Source of the DNA: Penicillus capitatus
Lineage: Eukaryota > Plantae > Chlorophyta
Assembly (NCBI GenBank): GCA_965649825.1
Contig: OZ287697.1
Coordinates: 372,001-436,000, forward strand
Direction: 5' to 3'
Length of the DNA: 64,000 bases
How positions within the stretch are numbered: position 1 is the first letter of the stretch; each line of letters begins with the position of its first letter. The notes under the pieces are model-generated. The model searched no databases, was not told the origin of the DNA, and saw nothing but the letters and a program-made list of their open reading frames with translations. Positions 1 to 11,243 of the stretch are shown here, in pieces. The position numbers were made by a program, and so were the translations under genes.

Positions 1-274
1 GAACATAAGCTGCCCTTAGCGCCAGACAATGCAAACAGTCGCTTCAACTGTATGACTCGCTGCATCGTCTTGTTAAACACATTGTGAACCTGACAATCAG
101 TCACATCATGGATGTCGAGCCTTCACATTCCGCGTAGAAGAATGCCTGTTTGGTATGCGCAGCCGTGTCTCGGCGGGACAATGCCTTGTGTAACTTCCAA
201 TAGTGTTCTCGAGTGGGTAATGGGAAAAACCTTTTATGATAGTGAAGCCAAGGGTTGCCTAAGGAGGGTAAACA

Positions 275-1200
275 AAATTTGCAGCAGCTTTGCCGCATAT
301 TTATGGCATCTGGTCGTGCAGGCTGTTATGAAGAAAATTGCATCCATTCGTACAGACTGTTATGAACAAAACGTAGTGGTCACTGCACCGAAAACGATAC
401 CAAAGCATTGTTGCTTAAACAACGCCGGTCGTGCAGGGATGCGGAACATGAACAATCCTGATTGCGTGCGGGTGTCGGACCCCTTCGCAAACAAAGGCGC
501 TATCCCTACCTCCTTCGAAGCAGGGTCGTACTAGTGGAATCTCCGTCGGTTTTGGGACCTAGATAAATCTTATCACGAGCTTCATTGGGCAATGCTATAT
601 ATACTGTACTGAATGACCGTCAACAAATGAAGGTTCGAAGGACGGATCGACATAGCACCTCGACGGCGTTGTTGTTCTGACGTTGTTTAGGGAATGGATA
701 TCATAGAAGTGCCGAATTAGAGCAGTAGCGGTGTGCATGCTAACTTACCTGGCTGGACAGCATGACCGATCTACATAACGACGAGTTGCAGAAATCTCGT
801 TTTGCAGCATCTAGTTCTGCCAATACAGACGATTCTGCTTCTGTTGGTGCAACCAGACGAACAACAGTCTTGTATCAAGGTCCTTGTCAAAGCTTTCGGA
901 ATTTTCTCAGACGTGGAATTACATGTAAATAGCCGTCTCATGTCTGAGTTGTAAGGACATTAGTGGCAATATCCCATTTCTTACCTTAGACGCGCATGCT
1001 TCAGCAAATAAATAAAGGTTATCATACATACATCGCTTTCTAAACGGGCAATACCTTTGCCAGTCCAATCACGTCACTGCCGCAAAACATCATCATGAAG
1101 GATAAGAATCCTTCTTATATTCAACATATACGATACCAAAAAACGGAAATCTTGTGCTATGTGTGACGGGCCAATTTAGCCGGTCATTATTATTCTCCTG
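275..1200 (+). repeat. Duplicated non-coding block upstream of CYP copy 1; partner at ~20865-22410
   Basis: Collinear matches by eye: 362 atgaacaaaacgtagtggtcactgcaccgaaaacgatac vs ~20921; core 620-893 nearly identical to ~21176-21451; 1050-1200 (aatacctttgccagt...ggataagaatcctt) vs 22254-22410. End points approximate. Confidence 0.85.
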
Positions 1201-1424
1201 CCCTCACGTCTCCGGACTTGTCTCTTCGCGCTCTATCCTGTCGACAGAATCGAATGGCGACATGTCGGGCTGTGTCAGAACGCAATCAAATCGTATCAGA
1301 GATTCGCCGGAACAAAAAGAGCTGCTGACTGGATTGATCGGCAAAGGCAGAAATTGAGCATTTAGGAAATGAATATCGATTCAAAAGAAACGCATTTCAT
1401 TAATTCTCTATTTGCAAAATAGAC

Positions 1425-3034
1425 ATGCTGGTTTATCTGCTGAGCTGTTTACTGCTCTTTGTATTGGCTCGTGTGGCCTGGGCGCGTTGGAAATATGACA
1501 TGCACAAGATACCTTCTATGCCCGAATGGCCGCTGGTCGGACACGGACTTCACTTCGTGAACGGAAAGACGAAAAACGAAATTACGAGGGTCAGAGCACG
1601 TTTCTTTAAAGAACTTGGCTATCCCAAGATCATGAAAGCAAGTTATGCATCTTCGACGGGAAAAACGCGATGCGATCCCTGTTCTACAGTTGAATTTGTT
1701 CGGAAAAATCTACCTCGAAATTGTTGATGTTCACACAGCTAAGTCCTTGATTTTAAAGTCTAGCGACATACCAAGGACGGATTTACTTCCGCTTTTTTCG
1801 ATAGTAAGTTCTTTACCCCAGTTTGTTCTCTTCTTGATCTCATTGCATGTAGTTATTAGGAAATGATCTGACGACGAAGGTGATGCTCGTAACCCAGAAC
1901 CTCACCCCCTATGTCAAGAAGATTCGACGCATCTACGCCTCGGCTTTCCTCGGCAGCCATCTCAAGCGCATGGTCCCCAAACTGAACAGCGCCTTGGACA
2001 AAATGCTGGAGATCATCGAATCTCATCGCAAGACAGGCCCCATCGACCTGCAGCGGCTCTGCATCCGGCTGACGCTTGACGCTATTGGCATCGTGGCTTT
2101 CGAGACGAATCTAGGTGGATTGGACGAAAGCAGTAACCTCTGTCAACTGCTGAACGAGGCAGCTTACATCGCAGGGAATCGTCTCATAAATCCGTTCAAA
2201 AAACTCAAATGCAAGCTTTTCCCAAAAAACGCTGAAGCTCAGAGGGATAACGCAATCATTGACGCCTTGACAGCTGAGTGGGTACGCTTGACACGAGATA
2301 TCCTCTCCCGAGACGATCCTTGCGATGGGGAAACGCCCTTGTGGTTCGGGTTGAAACAGTTGGCGGATCCGAGTGCGGCAGAACCACTGGGTTTTAAGAA
2401 ACTTATGGGGGAAGTTGCAACGGTAGTATCAGCTGGGATGGATACGACAGGACATCAACTCTGTTGGGCATTGGCTCTTCTGGCCTCTTATTCCGATGCG
2501 ATGCAGACGCTCCTGGAGGAGTTCAAAGGCCGCGGACTGTATGGCGAAGCGGCGACAAGGGTGTCTTACGAAGATCTTGGAGACATGCCCTATCTAACGG
2601 CCGTCGTCAAAGAAAGCATGAGAATGGCGTCTGTCGTCACTGGCGCCATGCGTGAAGCTCCGTGCGACATGAAGATTCTGGGTTATCGGATTCCGAAAGG
2701 GACATATTTGTCACTTCCTAGCAACAGATGGCTGGATGCCAAAGACGAATGGGGCGATCCAGAAGTTTTCCGTCCGGAAAGGTGGCTGGAAGAGGAAGAC
2801 ATCTCGCAGCGTTACTATCTTGGCTTCTCATGCGGACCGCGAGACTGTGCAGGGCAGAAGCTGGCGATGCTGGAGATGCGAGTGGCCCTCATCCGTCTGT
2901 TAGGCGCCTATCACTTTTCTTTGACAGTTCCGTTTGACAAGCTGATGGACGACAGTCAAAACGGAATAGCGATTCGGGTGGAGAATGGAGTGTGGTTTCA
3001 CGTTACTCCCAGAAATCAAGTGACTACGCAGTAG
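1425..3034 (+). CDS. Cytochrome P450, copy 1 (502 aa, 3 exons)
   Basis: Exons 1425-1637, 1690-1803, 1853-3034 (1509 nt, in frame). N-terminal membrane anchor, I-helix AGMDTT, K-helix ESMR, PERW, haem motif FSCGPRDCAG. Intron 1 is GC-AG. Confidence 0.93.
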
Positions 3035-6000
3035 ACTGAACAGAAAAAAGACTCACTTTATTACAATTTCTGCCTATCTTTGTTGTCTGTGTGTGTTTCA
3101 TTAACCATTGCCAGGGCTGGATTCTGTTTTTCCAGTGGGAAAACAAAACAATGCGTGGAGTTCTTTCTTTTTATCTTTTGAGCGAGTATGCAGTGTTAAC
3201 TGTGCTATGAAGAAACCTTTTAACACATGTTGGGTTTAACTGAGGCAGACGTATACGGATGTGACGGCCCATCAGCCTGATTATGAAAGCGGAAGCTTAA
3301 GTAGATTCTTTGATCTTAGTGCTTTACCGATCTCACGTTTCCGCACAACAACAGGTTTTGGAGCGACAAACAAGGTCTGACTGATATCTTACCTGAAGAC
3401 ACAACAAAATCGCGGTCGGCTGCTGCAAAGACAAAGCTACCATCCTACAAATCAATCTCACGCTAGCGCCATACGAATGGAAGAGGGAATAGTGGATGAG
3501 ACGAACGCAATTTACAATATTTTACTCGTTTACACTCCTTTATCAATAGTGGTGTGTAGAGCATTAGGTGCGATTTCATTTCTTTGTTCTACGAGGTCAT
3601 CGGCAATTCCGTTTGAGAAGTTGGCGTTCGTTGTTCCCGCAGAATGGAAGGTCTTCCTACCCCATCAACTCCATGGTCCAGTGCAATGAACGTGCCCCCT
3701 CAGTTCCGGAGGATTGCCCACTTACAGAAATTGACCAAGGCTAGGAGAACGTTGTTGTGTTGTTTCGATAGATGATGCGACAGTGGTTCTCAAGAAGATG
3801 AAAACATTAAAGCCATTGCCATTATAACGAACTTTCTAAGTTTAAGTCTGTCGGTCCTTACGGTGCAACGTCCTGTTGACGGAATTAGTCTTGTCTTCAC
3901 GTCTTCATTCTCCTTAGGCCCTAAAGCTAGTTGGCCAATTCTCCTTAACCTGTTGTGTCCTGTGTCTGCACACGACACAGGACTGCGAGGGCCGATCGAC
4001 GCGGAGCTCGATGCTGCGGAGACGAGATAAACGATTGGCGCGAAAACAGGAATCATTACATTGCATCAGAGGGATCCAATGTGTCACTAGGATAGCTGTC
4101 CACCTTCGCGCAGCTATCCACGGAGTGGTATAAATTCCAGACTATAATGCTGCGGACTGTTTCCGGTCGGCCGCGCAGCGAAAACCAGATTATAGCGGAA
4201 GTCTTACAAGTCTTCGAATCAAGGTCTCGAATGATGCAGATAACCTGTCAAATACTCATGTAGTGAGTGACATGACGTCCCTAGGCAGATGAGTCACCAC
4301 ACTGCCAGAACCAGAGAAAAGGGCGCTCTGGAAGCCAATGCGCCCATGTGACGTGACAACAAGCATCCTTTCCAACAGATGACCTTGATGCAGGGCAGTC
4401 CCATCGCCAGGGAAATCTTGGCGATGCAGACATTCTCCCTAATTAACCTGCCTTCGTCGTGAGTTGTTTTCTGCGCGTACGACGGCGGGGCTGCGACAGC
4501 CTTAACGCAACATCCAAACGATCATCGGGCGGTCGCATGTGAACTCGCGGTGCATTTCCTAACAGTTAAAAAACCTAGATTATGATTTCTTAACCGTCCC
4601 GAGTATTGAAAACAGTGTTCTCCCGATCGTCCTTGTGGCAGCATATGATTTTTGTCTGGGGGCAACATCGCCCTTTGGTTCTCCAGGTTTTAATGGCTGT
4701 TAATGTCGTTGACTTCCTGTTTGCCCTTGACGGTGGCGGCGCTTCTGGACGGAGCTTCTCCGACGGTTCTCTGGGTTACGACTGACGAAAGTGGACTGCG
4801 CGTTCTCGAGAAGGTGGGCGACGGTCAGATCCGAGGCGTGCATGGTTGGCGCTGTGATCTGGAGTGTGGACGACGTGTGTGCTGCGGAGAGCTGGAAGTG
4901 CAGGAACTGACAAAGACAGACGAAGCACGGCTCCGAGTTATTCTAACCTCGAGTCGGGATGGACTCTTTTTTTTCACTCGGCTCAGCCCACAACGGTTTT
5001 GGAGGGTTTGCGCTGTGGGAAGTTCTTGCAGCGAGAACAGAAATATAGCTGTTCCTTTTTTCTCTGCCGAGGGACATGGCATATACTTGTCAAGTGACGC
5101 CATGTAAAATATAAAAATCTTCTTCTCCTTCCCTTTGGTTCTTGTCATACTTGGGGTTGTCGTCGGTGCCCGCTTCTGTCGTGGAGTTCGTGGTATGACT
5201 CTTCCTTAGACGGATTTTGTTTAACGTCGCCTTTGGTGAGGGCTCTTGGAACGTTTATGTCTCGACAAGGGAGTTGAATGGCAACTAGATTTCCAGCGTT
5301 TCTGAAGAGCTCGAGAGCTGTGTGGCCAAACGATGTAACGAGGAAAACAGATGAAATCTTACACGATCAAAACAGTCTCATTAGTTCTCTCATCTCGCAC
5401 TTGTTCACGTCTCATCAACGTCAGTCCACATCAGTAAGGAATGCAGGGCTGCGATAGAAAGAGGATCGTATAGAACGGGTGCCCGAGAAGTGTGTCGCGC
5501 GTCCTCGTCTGCCAAAGTTAACTTGAACGCAGAAGGCAACTTTACAAACTGTATGAAAAACAAAATGTCCTCCTCGGCCTCCTTTTTATCCGGACCGTGT
5601 GACGTGACCCGACTTGCATAGAATGTCCCTCGTCCGTCTTCCTCAAGCTGGCGGCCCGTCGTGTTACAGTTTTCTCACGTCTCATCCTGTCCGTTTCATC
5701 GACAATCTCTATACATATCTTGTGTTCTTGTGTTGCAATCGTTTGTTCTTCTCCGCCGTCGATCACGTCAAAGTCGACTCGAGCTTATCGAGTTACGATA
5801 AGATTCTTGTCGGAGGTTGGTGTGCAAATCGCTTTTGACAACCATAACGACCGTTGCGCGCATTCAATAACCATCCAGGCGCTCCAAAGCCATCGAGAGC
5901 GACAGATGAAGAACCTCCTCGCAACTTCCTCATAACAATAGGGGAATGGTTGTCGAACTCGCGCACAACTTCGCAACTGTTAGGAACTAAAGTTGGGAAT

Positions 6001-6189
6001 CCTTAACCATCACGTGTATTTAATGACAGCATTCGTCCTGCAATTAATCTCGTATTCCCTTTGCTATCGTCTGAGTGTTCGTTTGCGTCGTCGTCACGTA
6101 CCGATTCGACGCCGTGTTTTTCTAAGTGTTTACACGATCCCGACAATTCTCAACAGAAGTGAAGACTCGTTTCTACTAACGTATGGCCG

Positions 6190-7250
6190 ACTCTTAGTAC
6201 GTTGACATGACTGGAGCGTAGCTTCGAAATGTGGATGGAGTCAAGCTGAACAGTTTTCAAACGTAAAGAAAAAGTAGGTCCGACCAGTTTTGCACTCTAA
6301 TGTGTATCTACCCACTTTTTCACTTTACCTTAAAAACGCGGTCATAGTGTTGTGTTATAGCAATTAATCGACTGTGGCTGTGACGTTCGTTGCGCGACAG
6401 GCTCATCATGCACGACGTTGGCATGAGAGGACTAACGTCATTCTGAGTACTTATGCGGGAACTGTTTTGTATCCGTCTAAGTATTTAATTATACATTGCC
6501 GACGGAGTTTCCCAGTGCGACTCGCCATCCGGTCCGGACTCGGCCGTCTGGCCGACCCTCACAGTGCCCTTAAGAACATGGGCCCATTAAGTACATTGCC
6601 ACTGTTACGACCTATTTAAAAGTCTGATTATATTTTTCACTGTGCAACAGAACTCAATTAAAAGGAAAAAAGCCGTATCAAAGACATCCATGATGGATGA
6701 AGACTGTTTAGATGATCGTTGTCCCTGGCTGACCTGACAGTGCAACAGATGACAACATCACTGAGATCGGTGATCTATGAAACTTGGCATACTCGCATTG
6801 AGATGTTGATTCATGTATCATGCTTTACTAACACGGAAATCATACATGGCCTCAAGATATGCGAGGATCCGATTTTTTCAAGGGGAAAGCCGATGCGACG
6901 TAAGCCGCTTACCTACCTGCATGTCGTGCAATCCTCTATTGGCCGAGTGCCAAATTTTAAATGCTCATGTACGCATCTAAACGATGGTGGTGACATGCAG
7001 ATTGCATTTACGAATCAAAAAGACATATTGAATGGACAGCAATGAGCGAAAATGAGTCTAGCATGCCTTATTGTTCGAGTTACATCATTTGACTCTCGTC
7101 AAATGATACATGGTATTATACAACCATCACTGCAAGACAATCACATAGGTGTTGTCCTTCACAATCCCAGCTCAAATAAAAAAGCGAAAATAGATGATGA
7201 CGGCTGATGGGTGAGCAGTGCAACCACAATGAAATGTGAACCTCATTTGG
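6190..7250 (+). repeat. Duplicated non-coding block 3' of ankyrin-like copy A; partner at ~13850-14600
   Basis: Shared segments: gactggagcgta..cttcga.atgtggatgg (~6210 vs ~13870); gacatc.atga.ggatgaa.actgttt..gatcgttgtc..gacctgacagtg (~6680 vs ~14043); gttcgagttacatcatttgactctcg (7073 vs 14413). Moderately diverged; boundaries approximate. Confidence 0.8.
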
Positions 7251-7283
7251 GCCCCCGTGTTCATCTTCATTAGAGCGAAGCAT

Positions 7284-8069
7284 TTAGCAAATACCTCCGT
7301 CCTCTACCAAAGTACCGTTGTTCTGTTTGATGATCTATAGACATGAAGAGATGCTGATGGCGCTGTAAGGGATATGGACCTTACGTCTTTGACAATCTTG
7401 TTGACTGCCATATCGTATGGCAATGTTCCGTTGCACTTCTTGCAGATGTCCGCCCCGTTCTCGACCAAATGAATGACAACGCCAGCGCAGTTTGGATCGT
7501 CTGTGGATGCGGCCACACACATTGAAGTGTACCCATCATCGTTCTCGAGCTCGACTTCGGCATCGGCTTCCAAAAAGACCTAAGCAAGACAGTCGGTATT
7601 GCGTAAGGAATCGAGGCAGTCGAAGGTCGCACGTGTGCCATGGGTGTATTGCACTCTGCAGCGGCGTGATGTAGCGGTGTTCTTTTCTTCGCGTCCAGTA
7701 CATCGACCGGACAGTTCGGCGGAGTGTCGAGCATCAAATTGGCGTAGGCCACGGATTCGTATATGGCGGTCACATGGAGAAACGTTTTGTTTGTGACCGG
7801 CACGGGGTCAGGGTCACACGTGCAGTTGCAGATGTTGGGTGTCCCTCTTTTAATGGCGCGCCTAATCTTTCCTTCGTCCCGTTTGGCACAGCTATGCAGA
7901 GATTTGCCTGGCAGGAATCGGGATTGTCTGGGTCGGGCGTATGCTTAGGACCAGCCGTGACTATACAGTATGGTAGGTAGCGGTGAATGCGCTCGAAGTA
8001 GGGTAACTTACTAAAGCTCGCTCCGACGACGAAGAGAATTACCAAAGCGAAGATGCGCACAGAAGACAT
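7284..8069 (-). pseudogene. Secreted Cys-rich ankyrin-like protein, copy A (frameshifted)
   Basis: Near-identical to copy C (14627-15413) but 786 vs 787 nt. One G is missing near 7888 (gtttggca-cagct vs gtttggcagcagct), shifting exon 2 to a stop at 7770. Could also be an assembly error. Confidence 0.72.
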
Positions 8070-8222
8070 CCTTGAATCGTTCTACTCAAATAGAACGTCG
8101 TCCGGTTCGTATGGTCTGAGCAACGTGCGTTAGTCGAGTAATGGATCAGATGGTAAGCGAGCGGTCTTTATGCGCCTGGACGAACCGTTGAGAGCCGACG
8201 TCACAACAGCGAATGGCTTAGA
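8066..8222 (+). repeat. 5'-flank segment shared by ankyrin-like copies A and D (partner ~20666-20822)
   Basis: cttgaatcgttcta.tcaaa.agaacgtcgtccggttcgta...gacgtcacaacagcgaatggcttagag occurs at both loci, directly upstream of the ATG on the minus strand; absent upstream of copy C. Confidence 0.88.
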
Positions 8223-8324
8223 GGTGTACGTCGCATCTTGCCAGTACAAACTTGGTTAACTTGTGAATCGATATCGATTTAAAAGAAACGCGTTTTATTG
8301 ATTCTTTATTTGCAAAATAGACAC

Positions 8325-9940
8325 ATGTTAGTTTATCTGCTGAGCTGTCTGCTGATCTTTTTATTGTCTCGTGCGGTCTGGGCGCGCTGGAAATATGACG
8401 TTCACAAGATACCTTCCCCACGCGGATGGCCGTTGGTCGGACACGGACCTTACTTCGTAAGCGGAAAAGTGAAAATCGAAGTCGCGCGGGTCAGAGGACG
8501 CCTCTTCAAAGAACTTGGTTATCCCAAGATCATGAAGGCAAGTTATGCATCTTCGACTAGAAAAACGTTATGCGACCACCTCTGATGTTCTACAGTTGAA
8601 TCTATTCGGGAGAACCTGCGTTTTTGTTGTCGACAGCCACACTACCAAGTCCTTAATTTTGAAGTCTGGCGATATCCCGAAGGGGGATTTCGGTCAAATT
8701 TTTAAGATAGTAAGCAATTCGCCGTGGCTCATTCTCTGCTTGATCTCTACGCATGTAGATGGTCGGAAACGATCCGACAACGAAAGCGGTTGCAGGAATC
8801 CGAAGTCTCACCCCCTATGTCAAGAAGATTCGACGCATCTACGCCTCGGCTTTCCTCGGCAGCCATCTCAAGCGCATGGTCCCCAAACTGAACAGCGCCT
8901 TGGACAAAATGCTGGAGATCATCGAATCTCATCGCAAGACAGGCCCCATCGACCTGCAGCGGCTCTGCATCCGGCTGACGCTTGACGCTATTGGCATCGT
9001 GGCTTTCGAGACGAATCTAGGTGGATTGGACGAAAGCAGTAACCTCTGTCAACTGGTAGACAAGACGGGTTGCATTGCGTTCGATCGTCTCATGAATCCG
9101 TTCAAAAGACTCAAACGCAGGCTTTTCCCAAAATCCGCTGAAGCTCAAAAGGATAACGCAATCATTGATGCCTTAACGGTTGAGTGGGTGCGCTTGACAC
9201 GAGACATTCTCTCCCGCGACGATCCTCCAGATGGAGAGACGCCCTTGTGGTTTGGTCTGAAACAGTTAGCTGATCCGAGTTCAGCAGAACCACTGGAGTT
9301 TAAGCAACTAAGAGCGGAAGTTGCAACGGCAGTTATTGCTGGTATGGATACGACAGGACATCAACTCTGTTGGACATTGGCCCTTCTGGCCTCTTATCCC
9401 GGTGCGATGCAGACGCTCCTTAAAGAGTTCAAAGGTCGCGGACTGTATGGCGAAGCAGCGAAAAGGGTTTCATACGAAGATCTTGGAGACATGCCCTATT
9501 TAACGGCCGTCATCAAAGAGAGCATGAGAATAGCGTCGATCATTACCAGCATCACGCGGGAAGCGCCGCGCGACATGACGATTCTAGGCTATCGGATTCC
9601 GAAAGGGACATATCTATTCTGTCCTGGAAACAGATGGCTGGACGCCAAAGACGAATGGGGAGATCCAGAAGTTTTTCGTCCGGAAAGGTGGCTGGAAGAG
9701 GAAGACATCTCGCAGCGTTACTACTTCGGCTTTTCTTACGGACCGCGAGACTGTGCAGGGCAGAAGCTGGCGATGCTGGAGATGCGAGTGGCCCTCATCC
9801 GTCTGTTAGGCGCGTATCATTTTTCTTTGACAGTTCCGTTCGACAAGCTGATGGACGACAGTCAAAACGGAATTGCGATTCGGGTGGAGAATGGAGTGTG
9901 GTTTCACCTTACTCCCAGAAGTCAAGTGGCTACGCAGTAG
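8325..9940 (+). CDS. Cytochrome P450, copy 2 (502 aa, 3 exons)
   Basis: Exons 8325-8537, 8596-8709, 8759-9940 (1509 nt). AGMDTT, ESMR, PERW, FSYGPRDCAG. AAG/GCAAGT GC-AG intron 1. Confidence 0.93.
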
Positions 9941-11243
9941 ACTGAACAGAAAAAAGACTCACTTTATTACAATTTCTGCCTATCTACGTTGTCTGTGTGT
10001 GTTTCATTAACCATTGCGAGGGCTGGATTCTGTTTTCTCCGACGAGAAAGCGGAACAATGTGTGGACTTCTTTCTTATGCACAATCCGAACAAGGATGCA
10101 GTATTTGTTGTTCGTTGAAAAAACGTGTAACACATGTTGGGTTTATCCAAGGCAAAAGCGTATGCGAAGGCCCATCGGCCTGAGTCTCCTACCTCAACGC
10201 GTTAACAGTTTCGTCGGAATGCATACCAAGGAAATGACGAATGACATTTTGTACGCATCTCTCCGATGGTGGCCAAGATACCTAGAGAAGGCAGAAGGAG
10301 TGCATGAGAGTTGTCCCGATTGATTCATGTCACAAGCGCAGTCAAAATTGCTGACGTTAAATTACAGAGAACGATACAAGAGCGCAATGAGAGATTCGAA
10401 ATCGGAGCACGACAAACAACCTTTGTAACAAACATAGAACGGCAAAGATCTCAGTTCAAACAATCTAACGACAATAGGAAAGCTTATGCTTATCAACGGA
10501 TGTGTTTTAAAGCTATTGCTTTTAGTGATGAGATTTGAAGGCTAGATATAAATCTGGGAAGTTCGCGAGTGACTTTCACGACGATGTTTCGCGTGTCGAT
10601 CGGTTCCAAAACGGCGTGAGAGTGTGCGAATATAGCTGTCATAGAAGGTCACAAGAGGTCGATTTCAAACATGCCGATGACTTAGTTTGTCGTCATCATT
10701 CGGAATTGAACAAAACGATGGGACGCAATGACGTCTGACGCCACAACAGGCTTTCCTTCGAGTTACTTACCAGTAGTTGTCTATCAAGCACTTCGGTTGT
10801 CTCAGATCTACCACCAGTCTCGTTTTCTCCTCCCCTGCCTCTGCTTATTACGTCATCCTGAGTACAGGTGTTAATGCTTGGATAATTAGAGAAAGACGAC
10901 AAGGATTGCAGTATCGATTACATAAGATGACCCACTCGCCGTGGACAGCTCTCGCATGAAATCGAAAAATTCGTTCAGAAAGGACAACCCCCGCCCCGCC
11001 CCGCCCCGCCTGATGAAATTTCGGTGTTCATTCGACACAAATGCATCGCTGCCAGCTGGCTCTTGCCGTGGCATGGCGACAACAAGTAAAGACGTATAAG
11101 ACATTTGTTAGAAGCGCATAGAAAGAACAAAGACAATTCTATGGGCAACAATCGCACAACGAAACGATCCTTCGCAGAGCATTGGAGTGCTTGTACGAAG
11201 GCAATCAGACTCAAAGAAAAGATAGTACTAGATCATTTCTGGC

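Noticed and set aside
742-900. U1 snRNA gene (ACTTACCTGG, also at ~21303)
   Set aside because: Only the 10-nt 5' motif matches. There is no stem-loop I pairing, no GAUCACGAAG-type loop and no Sm site. The motif is equally a minus-strand splice donor.
3400-6200. Short ORFs between CYP1 and ANK-A (e.g. 3790-4056, 4703-5107, 4825-5148)
   Set aside because: No recognisable motifs, and I could not build a consistent spliced model. A gene here cannot be excluded.
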